42,811 nucleotides of DNA from Deltaproteobacteria bacterium (GTDB taxonomy: Bacteria > Myxococcota_A > UBA9160 > UBA4427): assembly GCA_031400655.1 (NCBI GenBank), contig JANNQH010000073.1, forward strand, positions 1 through 42,811, written 5' to 3'. The notes beneath the pieces were generated by a model. That model saw nothing but the letters and a program-made list of their open reading frames with translations. It was not told the DNA's origin and made no database searches. Made by a program: the position numbers and the translations under genes. Position 1 is the stretch's first letter. Each line of letters starts with the position of its first letter. Below are positions 16,381 through 25,805 of this stretch, one piece after another.

Positions 16381-16489
16381 AGACTTGCTCGGAAGAGACG
16401 AGCGCCGTCGACCCCGGCCAGGGATCGGCGGCGCTCGAACTTTCCAACCCACACTGGCGAGGAACACCCTCGGCCACCCGAGGGGAACA

Positions 16490-16828
16490 CTACCTTCTCG
16501 TCGGAAGCGGCGCACTCAAGGCGAGCGCCGTCGCAAGTAGCGCGGTCGCCGACGGCGTGCGAAGCGCGCGCTCCTTCTCGGGCGGCGGCGGATGGAGGAT
16601 CCGGCTCGCGACGCCCTGCGCGACCTGCATCAACGGGAGGCAGCACTTCTTCGCCTTCTTGCCGGAACCGCACGCGCACGGCCCGTTGCGGGCGATCTTG
16701 ACCCGGCAATCGGGCGCAGCGTGCGAGCCTCCGCAATCCCAACGGGAAGCGCTGTCGGCCTTCACTCCGGAGCGAGTGCAACGCTCGCCCTTCCAGGTCA
16801 TCTGCTCGCACTGCGGATTGTCGCTCAC
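16490..16828 (-). CDS. SEC-C motif Zn-binding protein
   Basis: KIARNGPCACGSGKKAKKCC matches the SEC-C motif; extra N-terminal Cys/His residues. Confidence 0.7.
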   Translation of the reverse strand: MSDNPQCEQMTWKGERCTRSGVKADSASRWDCGGSHAAPDCRVKIARNGPCACGSGKKAKKCCLPLMQVAQGVASRILHPPPPEKERALRTPSATALLATALALSAPLPTRR

Positions 16829-17136
16829 GCCGAGGCCTTCGCTTTCGACTCGACGAGGATCTCCGAGGTCTTGAGGCCGAGCACGGCGCAGAGCGCCGCG
16901 AGAGATTCATCCGAGGGCGAGTGTTTTCCCTTCTCCCAGAGGTAGATCGTCGAGCCCGTGACGTTCACGCCGAGCGCACGCATGCGAGCCTCGACCTGTC
17001 CGCGCGAGAGCCGGAGCTCCTCACGCTTCGCACGGATCACGGCAGGACGGATCGGCAGGTTCGGCGGGCGACCGCCGACGTTCTTCGGAGGCGCGACCGT
17101 CTTCCGCTTCTTCGTGCTCTTGGGAGGTTTGCTCAT
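16825..17136 (-). CDS. XRE-family HTH transcriptional regulator (likely leaderless)
   Basis: IRAKREELRLSRGQVE...TIYLWEKGKHSPSDESLAALCAVLG; ATG at 17136 lies 7 nt downstream of TAGGTT. Confidence 0.85.
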   Translation of the reverse strand: MSKPPKSTKKRKTVAPPKNVGGRPPNLPIRPAVIRAKREELRLSRGQVEARMRALGVNVTGSTIYLWEKGKHSPSDESLAALCAVLGLKTSEILVESKAKASA

Positions 17137-17302
17137 GCGCGCGAACCTATGCAACCGCGAGGCGCAGTTCGAGGGGTTGCTCGTTTCAACGCGCGGGCGG
17201 AGGCAACGCGCGCAGCGCTCACGCGGCGCAGGCGACGAGACGCGCGCGGCGCGGCGCGCGCGCAGGCCCTCCCAGGAGCCCTGCCGAGGGGGTGGGGGTG
17301 CT

Positions 17303-17410
17303 GGGTCCTTCCCCGCCCCCGGGCCGGTCGGGTGACGCGGACCCACGTCTTTCTACCCCCAGGGGGGTGGGAACCGGGTTCCCACCTCGTTAGCTTCTAG
17401 ACGGGAACCT
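17303..17410 (+). other. Candidate cos packaging site (cosQ/cosN/cosB-like)
   Basis: GGGTCCT (identical to lambda cosQ) at 17303-17309; GGGTGACGCGGACCC dyad at 17330-17344; perfect inverted repeat GGTGGGAACC-G-GGTTCCCACC at 17366-17386; third GGGAACC at 17403; upstream of terS. Confidence 0.55.
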
Positions 17411-17445
17411 CCTCCGCGCCGCTCTCCGAGCACCTGCCTCCCGCC

Positions 17446-17700
17446 ATGACCGACAAGCCCGAACGCTCCGAAGAAGTCCGCCGCCGCTACTCGCTCACGC
17501 TCGAGGTCGAGGCCGAGGATCTCGACACGCTGCGCGCTTGCGCGGCGCGCGCCGCGTCGCGCCTCGAGCGCGGCGCCGAGGTCTGGGACGAGGCCGGCGA
17601 CACCCACGCGGGCCGCTTGAAAGTGACGAGCGCGAGCGAGGCCGCCGCCAAGCGCGCGAACGAGAAGCTCCCGCTCGACCGCACCCGCCGCGGGGAGTAG
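17446..17700 (+). CDS. Hypothetical protein
   Basis: 84-aa ORF with typical codon usage preceding terS. Confidence 0.6.
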   Translation: MTDKPERSEEVRRRYSLTLEVEAEDLDTLRACAARAASRLERGAEVWDEAGDTHAGRLKVTSASEAAAKRANEKLPLDRTRRGE

Positions 17701-17709
17701 AGGTCGCGC

Positions 17710-18447
17710 ATGGAGCGCAAGCTCCTCGGGATTCGAGCCTACGCGCGCCACCGCGGCGTCTCGCCGGCTGCGGTTCGCAAGGCACGCGATACCGGCCGGA
17801 TCGCCGCGGCGTTCGTCAAGTCGGGCGGCCGGAAGAAGTTGATCGACGTCGAGGTCGCCGATCGGCTCTGGGACGCGAACACCGATGCCGCGCAGCAACG
17901 CCCGGAGGCCGCCGCCGGTTCCGCTTCTTCGACCTCATCCGAGACGGCAAAACCGGAACACCCTCCCGCCGCACCGCCGTCCGCGGCACCGTCCGGGCCG
18001 TCCGCGGAAGAAATCCGCTCACCGTCCGCGGATTCTTCCACGCCGGCGTCGACCGCGCCGAACGGCCGCAAGGGCCCGACCGTCAAGCCCGGGCAGGACC
18101 TCTTCGGCGAAACGTTGCCGCCGAAGCTCGAGGCCGCGGCCGCGGCGGAGGGGAAGGACGAGAAGAAGGGCCCGAGCTTCCTCGACGTGCGCACGACGAG
18201 CGAGACCTGGAAGGGCGAACTCATGCGCCTGCGCTACATGCAAACTGCCGGAGAACTCGTGAGCGCCGCGCGCGCGCGCGAGCTCTTCTTTCGGTTCGCT
18301 CGCAACGCGCGCGACAAGATCCTCGCGATCCCGGTTCGCGTCTCGCACGACTTCGCCGCGGAAGAGGATCCGATCAAGGTCGAGCGTCGACTGAAGAAGG
18401 AGCTCGAGCGCGCGCTCGAGTCGCTCGCCAGTGACCTTGACCTCTGA
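17710..18447 (+). CDS. terS: Terminase small subunit (Nu1-like)
   Basis: N-terminal wHTH GIRAYARHRGVSPAAVRKA; C-terminal GELV...RDKILAIP; overlaps terL. Confidence 0.85.
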   Translation: MERKLLGIRAYARHRGVSPAAVRKARDTGRIAAAFVKSGGRKKLIDVEVADRLWDANTDAAQQRPEAAAGSASSTSSETAKPEHPPAAPPSAAPSGPSAEEIRSPSADSSTPASTAPNGRKGPTVKPGQDLFGETLPPKLEAAAAAEGKDEKKGPSFLDVRTTSETWKGELMRLRYMQTAGELVSAARARELFFRFARNARDKILAIPVRVSHDFAAEEDPIKVERRLKKELERALESLASDLDL

Positions 18448-20416
18448 CCTCGCACCCGACTCGGCGCTCTTCGTCGCCGGCGAAGCGTCGCTCGCGCAGG
18501 CTTTCCGCGACGGCCTTCGTCCCGACGAGGAGCTCTCGCTCTCGGAGTGGGCCGACCGATATCGCGAGCTCCCGAAGACGAGCCCGGAGCCGGGACGCTG
18601 GCACACCGACCGCGCGCCGTACTTGCGCGAGCCGATGGACGCGCTCTCGCCGGGTTCCGAAGTGAACGAGGTCGCGCTTCAATTCGCGGCGCAACTTGGG
18701 AAGACCGAGATCCTCCTCAACTTCCTCGGGCAGATTGCGCACCAAGCGCCGGGCCCGACGATGCTCGTCTGGCCGACCGACAAGGTCTGCAAGAAGAACT
18801 CGCGCCTCCGCGTCGAACCGCTCTTCGACGATTGCGAGGTGCTGCGCGGGAAGCTCAAGGACAAGAACGTCCGCGACGGCGGGAACAACCGACTCGAGAA
18901 GACCTTTCCCGGCGGCGTGCTGATTATCTGCGGCGCGAACTCCGGGAGCGACCTGCGCTCGGTCCCGTGCAAGTACGTCCTCATGGACGAGATCGACGGC
19001 TATCCGCTCGACGTCGACGGCGAGGGCGATCCGATCTCACTCGTCGAAGCGCGGACCGCGAACTTCCACGGCTACAAGCTCCTGAAGTGTTCGACGCCGA
19101 CGTTCGAGGGGACGAGTCGAATCGAGCAGGAGGTGAAGAAGGGCGACTGCCGCCGCTACGAGGTGCCGTGTCCGCATTGCGAGCACTACCAATTCCTCGA
19201 GTGGAAGAACCTTCGATGGGAGGACGGCAAACCGAAGACCGCGGCCTATGCCTGCTCGCACTGCGGGACGCTGATCGAAGAGCGCTTCAAGCCCGGCATG
19301 CTCGAGCTCGGCCGTTGGGTTGCGACCAACCCGAACGCGACGCCCGGAGTCCGGAGCTACTTGCTCAACCGACTCTATGCGCCGCTCGGCTGGAGCTCGT
19401 GGGCGCAGTGCGCGCGCAAGTGGATCGAGAGCGAGCACGACAAGGAGAAGCGGCGCGCCTTCGTGAACCTCGTCCTCGGCGAGACCTGGCGCGACGGCGG
19501 CGTCGTGCCGAATTGGGAGCGGCTCTGGAATCGGCAAGAGGACTACCGCGAGGGAACGGTCCCGCGCCGCGGGCTCGTGCTCACCGCCGGCGTCGACGTC
19601 CAGAAGGACCGAATCGAGGTCGAGGTCGTCGCTTGGGGACGCGGGCTCGAATCGTGGTCCGTCGACTACGCGGTTCTCGCCGGGCTCGTGCTCGAGGACG
19701 AGGTCTGGGGCGAACTCGATCGATTGCTCGCGCGCCAGTACGCGCACGAGGGCGGGAACCTGCCGATCCGGATGCTCGCGATTGATACCGGCTACGAGTC
19801 GAACAAGGTCTACGGGTGGGTTCGAAAGCACTCGCCGCACCAAGTCGTCGCGGTCAACGGCGCGCGCACGAACCTCCCGCTCATCGTCGCGCAACCGACG
19901 GCGGTCGAAGTGACCGAGGGCGGGAAGAAGCGCCGGCGCGGCGTCAAGGTCTGGCCGATCGGAACGGGCCTGATCAAGACCCAGGTCTATTCGTTCCTCG
20001 AGCAGGAACTCCCCGGCGGCGAGGGGAAGCTCCCGCCGCCGGGCTTCATGCACTTCCCCAAGCGGGACGAGGAGTGGTTCCGACAACTCACGGCCGAGGC
20101 TTTTCGGACGCGCTCGATCGGCGGACACCGGCGGCGCTCGCATTCCTATTGGGAGAAGACCCGCGAGCGGAACGAGGCCCTCGACTGCCGGGTCTACGCC
20201 CGCGCGGCGGCCGCGATCGCCGGCGTCGACCGCTACGAGGAGCGGCACTGGCGCGAGATCGAGGACGCCCTCGGTCTTGCGGCGGCTCCGGCCACTCCGC
20301 AGGATGGCCCGGGAACAAGGCCCGAGCCGGAGCGGAGACCCGAGAGCGCGCAACCCGCGCCGCCCTCGGACACGCCGCGGCCGAGCGGCTTCCTATCGCG
20401 ATGGCGTACACGCTAG
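18431..20416 (+). CDS. terL: Terminase large subunit, lambda GpA family
   Basis: LSEWAD...PYLREPMD...AAQLGKTE (Walker A), DEIDGYP, STPT, LTAGVDVQ, RNEALDCRVYA. Confidence 0.97.
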   Translation: MTLTSDLAPDSALFVAGEASLAQAFRDGLRPDEELSLSEWADRYRELPKTSPEPGRWHTDRAPYLREPMDALSPGSEVNEVALQFAAQLGKTEILLNFLGQIAHQAPGPTMLVWPTDKVCKKNSRLRVEPLFDDCEVLRGKLKDKNVRDGGNNRLEKTFPGGVLIICGANSGSDLRSVPCKYVLMDEIDGYPLDVDGEGDPISLVEARTANFHGYKLLKCSTPTFEGTSRIEQEVKKGDCRRYEVPCPHCEHYQFLEWKNLRWEDGKPKTAAYACSHCGTLIEERFKPGMLELGRWVATNPNATPGVRSYLLNRLYAPLGWSSWAQCARKWIESEHDKEKRRAFVNLVLGETWRDGGVVPNWERLWNRQEDYREGTVPRRGLVLTAGVDVQKDRIEVEVVAWGRGLESWSVDYAVLAGLVLEDEVWGELDRLLARQYAHEGGNLPIRMLAIDTGYESNKVYGWVRKHSPHQVVAVNGARTNLPLIVAQPTAVEVTEGGKKRRRGVKVWPIGTGLIKTQVYSFLEQELPGGEGKLPPPGFMHFPKRDEEWFRQLTAEAFRTRSIGGHRRRSHSYWEKTRERNEALDCRVYARAAAAIAGVDRYEERHWREIEDALGLAAAPATPQDGPGTRPEPERRPESAQPAPPSDTPRPSGFLSRWRTR

Positions 20417-20604
20417 CCGACCTCACCGCCCTCGAGGACGCACTGAAGACCGGCGCTCGCCGCGTGAAGTTCGCCGACCGCGAGGTCGAGTTCCGCTCGC
20501 TCACGGAGCTCCGCGGGATCATCGAAGGCCTGCGCCGCCAACTCGGCCTCTCCGACGGCGGGCTGAAAGTTTCCTACGTCAAGACGCGCAAGGACCTCGA
20601 CTAG
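20401..20604 (+). CDS. gpW-like head-tail joining protein
   Basis: MAYTLADLTALEDALKTGARRVKFADREVEFRSLTEL; lies between terL and portal. Confidence 0.85.
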   Translation: MAYTLADLTALEDALKTGARRVKFADREVEFRSLTELRGIIEGLRRQLGLSDGGLKVSYVKTRKDLD

Positions 20605-22098
20605 GTGAAGCTCTCTCGATTGATCGACTCGGTCGTCGAGCTCGTCTCCCCTGCAGCCGGCCTTCGTCGCGCGCGGGCGCGCGCCGCGGTCGAGACGATC
20701 CTCCGCCACTACGAGGGCGCCTCGCACTCGCGCCGCACTGCGGGTTGGATTGCTCCCTCGACGAGCCAGAACGCCGCGAGCTACGGGAAGCTCCAAGTCC
20801 TGCGCGATCGCTCGCGCGACATCATCCGGAACAACCCCTGGGCGACGAACGCTTGCGAGCTCTACGAGTCGGAGATCGTCGGGACCGGGATCGTTCCGAC
20901 CTTCGTGCACAAGGACAAGAAGGTCGTGCTCGCGGCGACCGAGCTCTGGAAAGCGCATTGCGGAACGACCGCGATCGACGCGGACGGCGCCGGCGATATC
21001 TACGCGCTCCAAGCGCTCATGGTGCGCACGATCTTCGAGTCGGGCGAGGTGATCGTCCGCCGTCGGCGTCGCCGCTTGAGCGACGGCCTCCCGCTCCCCT
21101 TCCAGCTCGAGCTCCTCGAGACCGATCACCTTGACGAGTGGCGCGACACGCTGCGGCTCCCCAACGGCGGAAAAATCTCGGCCGGGATTCAACTCACGCC
21201 GCTCGGCGCGCGCGAAGGCTACTGGCTCTATCCCGAGCATCCGGGCGAACTCGCGTGGGTGGCGCAGACTTCGACGCTCGTTCCCGCGAGCGAGGTGCTC
21301 CACGCCTACCGGCGCAAGCGCGCGAAGCAACTCCGCGGGATCCCGGGCCTCGCGGCCGTGCTCGCGAAGCTCCGCGACCTCGACGAGTACGAGGACGCCG
21401 AGCTCCTCGGGAAGAAGATCGCGGCGTGCCTCACGGCCTTCATTACCGACCCCGCCGAGGGCGAGATGCCGACGACCGGCGTCCAACAGAAGAACGTCCT
21501 CCCGGAGTCGCTCGAGCCGGGCGCGCTCGTCAACCTGCCGGGCGGGAAGTCGATCACCTTCTCGACGCCGCCGATCTCGCAAGGCTATCCGGACTTCGTT
21601 CGCGCGAACCTGCGCGCGATCGCCGCCGGCGTCGGCGTGACCTACGAGGCGCTCACCGGCGACTGGTCCAACGTCAACTATTCGAGCGCGCGAATGGGCT
21701 TCATCCAGAACGCCCGCGCGGTCGACCGCTTCCGCTGGAACGTCGTCGTCACCCAGGCCCTCAACCCGATCGCCGCCTGGTTCGTGCTCGCGGCCGTGCT
21801 CGCCGGCGAGCTCCCCGACGAGCCGCTCGGCGTGCTCTGGACTCCGCCGAGGCGCGCGATGCTCGACCCGTCGAAGGAGGTCCCGGCTCGCCGCGACGCC
21901 GTCCGGGCCGGCTTCTCTTCGCCGTCGGAGATCCTGCGCGAGGACGGCCAGGATCCCGACCAAGTCTGGACCGAGGCCGCCGCCGACTTCGAGAAGTTGC
22001 GCGCCCTCGGGCTCCACGTCGAGAGCGATCCGTCGGTTCCGATGCGCGGCGGACCGGCGCCTGTCGGCGACGCTTCGACCGACGCCCCCAAGCCCTAG
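20605..22098 (+). CDS. Portal protein, lambda gpB family
   Basis: YEGAS...LRDRSRDIIRNNP...QLRGIP...YEALTGDWSNVNYSSAR...DPSKE. Confidence 0.97.
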   Translation: MKLSRLIDSVVELVSPAAGLRRARARAAVETILRHYEGASHSRRTAGWIAPSTSQNAASYGKLQVLRDRSRDIIRNNPWATNACELYESEIVGTGIVPTFVHKDKKVVLAATELWKAHCGTTAIDADGAGDIYALQALMVRTIFESGEVIVRRRRRRLSDGLPLPFQLELLETDHLDEWRDTLRLPNGGKISAGIQLTPLGAREGYWLYPEHPGELAWVAQTSTLVPASEVLHAYRRKRAKQLRGIPGLAAVLAKLRDLDEYEDAELLGKKIAACLTAFITDPAEGEMPTTGVQQKNVLPESLEPGALVNLPGGKSITFSTPPISQGYPDFVRANLRAIAAGVGVTYEALTGDWSNVNYSSARMGFIQNARAVDRFRWNVVVTQALNPIAAWFVLAAVLAGELPDEPLGVLWTPPRRAMLDPSKEVPARRDAVRAGFSSPSEILREDGQDPDQVWTEAAADFEKLRALGLHVESDPSVPMRGGPAPVGDASTDAPKP

Positions 22099-22113
22099 GG
22101 GGGTTTCCTACTA

Positions 22114-22150
22114 TTGCACGCCGCCCCTTGGGACGGTCATCCTCGCGGGC
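22114..22150 (+). promoter_or_regulatory. Leaderless-type promoter of the protease-capsid gene
   Basis: TTGCAC-N18-CATCCT-N7-GTG. Confidence 0.55.
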
Positions 22151-24223
22151 GTGCTGAAGACCCGCGATCTCAAGGTTCGCCCTCGGGAGTGGACCGGGCG
22201 GATCCGCTCCGAGAGCTTCGACGAGTCGAAGGGGACGTTCGACGTCGTCGTCACGACCGGCGAGGCGATCCTTCGAAACGACTACATGCTCTGGGACGGG
22301 CCGTACTACGAGGAGCTCGGCCTGAAAGAGGGCGAGGTCCGCCTCGCGCGCTTGAACTCTGGGCGCCTCAACCTGCTCGACAATCACGGCTACGCGAACG
22401 GCGCCGATTGGGGCCCGTCGAAGTATCAGACCGGAAACGTTGTCGGCGTCGCGCTCGCAAACCGCGCTCGCGTCGAGAAGATCGCCGGCGCCGACGCGCT
22501 TCTCTCGACGTTCCAGGTTTCGCGCCGCGACGAGCTCGCCGGACTTCGAACCGACCTGAAGGACGGCGTCGTCGCGCAGTGCTCGCCCGGCTACCGCGTC
22601 TATCTCTACGAGATGACGATAGCGCCGCTAGACGGCACGCCGCCGACGTTCCGCGCGGTCGATTGGGAGCCGACCGAAGTCTCGCTCACCGCAGTTCCGG
22701 CGGAGGAGGGCGCGCACGTTCGCACCTCCGCGCAATCCGAAAACCCGTGCCGCGTGATAGATCGGCGGCCAGACACCCAACAGCGCACCATGAAACGAAA
22801 AGTCAAGAACGCGGCCGGAGTCGAAGTCGAAGTCGAAGTTCCCGAGACGGAAGGCGACGGCACGCGCACCGCGGTCGAGACGCCGCCGGCACCGGTCGCC
22901 GCTCCCGCGGCTCCGAGCGACGCCGAACGCGCGGCCGCGAGCGCGCAGGGTGCGACGAGCGAGCGCGCGCGCGCGGAAGAGATCCGCACGCTCACGCGCA
23001 CCGCAAAACTCCCCGCCGAGTTCGGCGACAACCTCGTGAAGACCGGCACGCCGATCGAGAAGGCGCGCGCCGCGATCGTCGAGGAGTGGGCGAAGCAAGG
23101 AGCACCGGCCACGCCGGCGACGCCTTCCGACACGACGCGCGCGGAAGTGCGCGAAGTCGGGAACGAACTCGACGCGATGCAAGTCGCGCTGATCCATCGC
23201 GGCGCTCCGCACCTAGTCCCGGTCGACAAGCTCACGCCGCAGGCGCGCTCGTTCGTGCAGTTCTCCTTGCTCGACCTGGCTCGTCACCTGCTCGAGAAGC
23301 GCGGCGAGCGCACGCGCGGGATGGATCGCTCGAAGATCGTCGAGCGCTCGCTCATGGCGGCGAGCGAGTTCCCCGAGCTCCTCGCGAACACGGCGAGCAA
23401 GTCGCTCCGCGATCAATACGAGATCATGCCGAACACCTGGCAAGCGTGGTGCCGTCGCGGCACGCTGCCGGACTTCAAGATCATGAGTCGTGTCGGGCTC
23501 TCGGGCGCGCCGACGCTCGAGGAGGTTCCGGAGACCGGCGCGATCAAGCGCGGCGCGCTCTCGGAAATGGCCGAGAAGTACCGCCTGAAGACCTACGGGA
23601 AGATCGTCCCGATCTCGCGTCAGGCGATCATCAACGACGATCTTTCCGGGTTCACGCGAATCCCGGCCGCGTTCGCCGTCTCGGCGTCGACGCTGATCGA
23701 GGACCTCGTCTATTCAATCCTCACGACCAACGCGGCGATGGCCGACACGGTCGCGCTCTTCCACGCGACGCACAAGAACCTGAGCTCGGGCGCCGGCTCG
23801 GCGCTCGCACTCGCGGGCCTCGGCGCGGCGCGCACGCTGCTTCGCAATCAAACCGGCCAGGACGGGAAGTACCTGAACCTGAACGCGGCCTACATCATCG
23901 TCCCGGCGGCGCTCGAGACGACGGCCGAACAACTGACGCTGCCCTTCGGCGCGGTCGTCGCGACGAACATCAACCCCTGGGCCGGTCGCCTGAAACACAT
24001 CACGCAACCGCGCCTCGACGTGGCCTCGGCCATCATCTGGTTCGCGGTCATCGACCCGGCCTTCGGCGACACGATCGAAGTGGGCTTCCTCGAAGGACAG
24101 AGCGGGCCGCGAATCGAATCGCGCACCGGCTTCGACGTGGAAGGCCTCGAGATCAAGTGCGCGCTCGACGTCGGCGCGAAGGCGATCGACTGGCGCGGAA
24201 TGGTCAAGAGCGCCGGCGCCTAG
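22151..24223 (+). CDS. Fused prohead protease / major capsid protein
   Basis: Protease motifs LLDNH...SPGYRV...WEPTEVSLTAVPA; linker; capsid part DFK...TYGKIVPISRQAIINDDL...AIDWRGMVK. Confidence 0.93.
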   Translation: MLKTRDLKVRPREWTGRIRSESFDESKGTFDVVVTTGEAILRNDYMLWDGPYYEELGLKEGEVRLARLNSGRLNLLDNHGYANGADWGPSKYQTGNVVGVALANRARVEKIAGADALLSTFQVSRRDELAGLRTDLKDGVVAQCSPGYRVYLYEMTIAPLDGTPPTFRAVDWEPTEVSLTAVPAEEGAHVRTSAQSENPCRVIDRRPDTQQRTMKRKVKNAAGVEVEVEVPETEGDGTRTAVETPPAPVAAPAAPSDAERAAASAQGATSERARAEEIRTLTRTAKLPAEFGDNLVKTGTPIEKARAAIVEEWAKQGAPATPATPSDTTRAEVREVGNELDAMQVALIHRGAPHLVPVDKLTPQARSFVQFSLLDLARHLLEKRGERTRGMDRSKIVERSLMAASEFPELLANTASKSLRDQYEIMPNTWQAWCRRGTLPDFKIMSRVGLSGAPTLEEVPETGAIKRGALSEMAEKYRLKTYGKIVPISRQAIINDDLSGFTRIPAAFAVSASTLIEDLVYSILTTNAAMADTVALFHATHKNLSSGAGSALALAGLGAARTLLRNQTGQDGKYLNLNAAYIIVPAALETTAEQLTLPFGAVVATNINPWAGRLKHITQPRLDVASAIIWFAVIDPAFGDTIEVGFLEGQSGPRIESRTGFDVEGLEIKCALDVGAKAIDWRGMVKSAGA

Positions 24224-24327
24224 GCCGACGCCCCTCAAGAAATTCTCACCCGTGAAAGGGCGGAGAATCGGCCGGGAGCGCAAAGGCTCCCGGCCCCTTC
24301 CGCCCGCGAACCCAAGGAAAAGCAGTC

Positions 24328-24663
24328 ATGGCATCGAACTACGTCGGACCGAAATCGCCGATCACCATTCCCGCGCCCGCGGCCGTCATCGCCGGGCAGG
24401 CGATCCTCGTCGGGACGATTGTCGGAATCTGCGGCGCGGCCGCCGGCTCCGGCGACCAACTCGCGCTCGAGGTCGAGGGACAATTCACCGTCCCGAAGGT
24501 CTCGGCGCAGGTTTGGACCGCCGGCGCGAAGCTCTACTGGGACGATACGGCCAAGCTCTTCACGACCGTCTCGACCTCGAACACGCTCTGCGGCTTCGCC
24601 GGGCTCGCGGCCGCGAACCCGAGTTCGACCGGTCTCGTCTGCCTCACCGGACAGGTCGCGTAG
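24328..24663 (+). CDS. DUF2190 family capsid cement/decoration protein
   Basis: NYV...G...EGQFTVPK...GAKLYWD; follows the capsid gene; AAGGA RBS. Confidence 0.85.
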   Translation: MASNYVGPKSPITIPAPAAVIAGQAILVGTIVGICGAAAGSGDQLALEVEGQFTVPKVSAQVWTAGAKLYWDDTAKLFTTVSTSNTLCGFAGLAAANPSSTGLVCLTGQVA

Positions 24664-24671
24664 ACCCGGGC

Positions 24672-24998
24672 ATGGGGTGGCCGGAGATCCTCGACACTTG
24701 TAACCGGATCGTCCGAAGTCCTGGAGTCTTCGGCGAGACGGTCACCTATCGGCCGAGGGTGGGATCTCCGGTCACGATCACCGCGGCCTTCTCGGAGGAA
24801 TACGAGGAGGTCGCGTCGGACTCGAACCTGACCGTGGTTTCGGCGCGCCCGAACGTGCTCCTGCGGCTCGCCGATCTCGCCCTCGAACCCGTCGAAGGCG
24901 ATCGGCTCGACTGCCGCGGCCAGGCCTGGGCCGTCGAGGAGTCGCGCACTGACGGGACCGGGACCTCCCGCGTCTTCCTGCGCAAGGTCGCGCCATGA
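24672..24998 (+). CDS. Head-tail joining protein (gpFII-like)
   Basis: FGETVTY...P..GDRL...DGTG; position. Confidence 0.7.
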   Translation: MGWPEILDTCNRIVRSPGVFGETVTYRPRVGSPVTITAAFSEEYEEVASDSNLTVVSARPNVLLRLADLALEPVEGDRLDCRGQAWAVEESRTDGTGTSRVFLRKVAP

Positions 24999-25600
24999 GT
25001 TCCACGCCGGAACCGCGGGAAGAGCCCGAGCGGCGCGATCGCCGCGAGATCCGCGCCGCCGTCGTCGAACGCCTGCGCGGCTTGCACCTGGACTTCGGGC
25101 AACGGGTCTACCAGAACCGGATCCGCCCGCTCTGGCCGAAGGGCCTGCCCACGGTCGTTATCTACACCCTGCGCGAGGAGGTCGAGGTCGCGAACGTCGC
25201 CCCGCGCCAATACGAGCGCACGCTCGAGCTCGTCGTCGAGCTCTGCGCCAAGCTCCCGGCGCCGGCGGACGGCTCGCTCGACGTGGTCCAGACCGGCGAC
25301 GGGCTCGACGACCTGCTCGACGGGCTCGCGCGCGAGGTCGAGGAGCGGCTTGAGCGGGATCAAACCCTGGGCGGCCTCGTTCAAGACCTCCAGCACAAGC
25401 GCTTCGAGTTCGAGCCCGTCGACAACGGCGAAGAGCGCTTCGCTTTCGCGCGCCTCTTCGAGTCGATCACTTACTACACGCCGGCGCCCGAGCGCCCCGA
25501 AGCGGGATTCGACCCGCTCCGGAGTGTAGAGTCGAGCCTCCAAGTGGGCGGGCCCGACGGCCTCGAAGTCCGCGACCGAACCGTCCTCAATCCAACGTGA
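24995..25600 (+). CDS. Tail terminator / tail completion protein
   Basis: REIRAAVVERL...RVYQNR...LP.VVIYT...DDLLDGLAREVEERL; position before the sheath. Confidence 0.7.
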   Translation: MSSTPEPREEPERRDRREIRAAVVERLRGLHLDFGQRVYQNRIRPLWPKGLPTVVIYTLREEVEVANVAPRQYERTLELVVELCAKLPAPADGSLDVVQTGDGLDDLLDGLAREVEERLERDQTLGGLVQDLQHKRFEFEPVDNGEERFAFARLFESITYYTPAPERPEAGFDPLRSVESSLQVGGPDGLEVRDRTVLNPT

Positions 25601-25803
25601 ACACCTCGCCTTCCTTCCGCGTCAAGATCCCCGCCGGCGTCCTTCTTCGGGACCCGGAGAGCGGGCGGATCGTCACGACCGGCGAGTCGGTTCCGCGCGA
25701 CAACTTCTGGGCGCGGCGCCTCGCCGCCGGCGAAGTCACTGAGCTCGAGGACGAGCCCGAGGCCGCACCCGAAACCGACCGAACCGTCTCCCTGGAGAAC
25801 TAG
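25597..25803 (+). CDS. DUF2635 family (Mu gp38-like) protein
   Basis: PAGVLLRDP...GESVPRDNFWARRLAAGEV. Confidence 0.8.
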   Translation: MNTSPSFRVKIPAGVLLRDPESGRIVTTGESVPRDNFWARRLAAGEVTELEDEPEAAPETDRTVSLEN

Positions 25804-25805
25804 CC

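Noticed and set aside
24250-24295. c-di-GMP-I riboswitch resemblance (GAAA...GGGAGCGCAAAGGCTCCCGGCC)
   Set aside because: It lacks the upstream GGCAAA element, the spacing is wrong, and the segment forms a simple perfect hairpin
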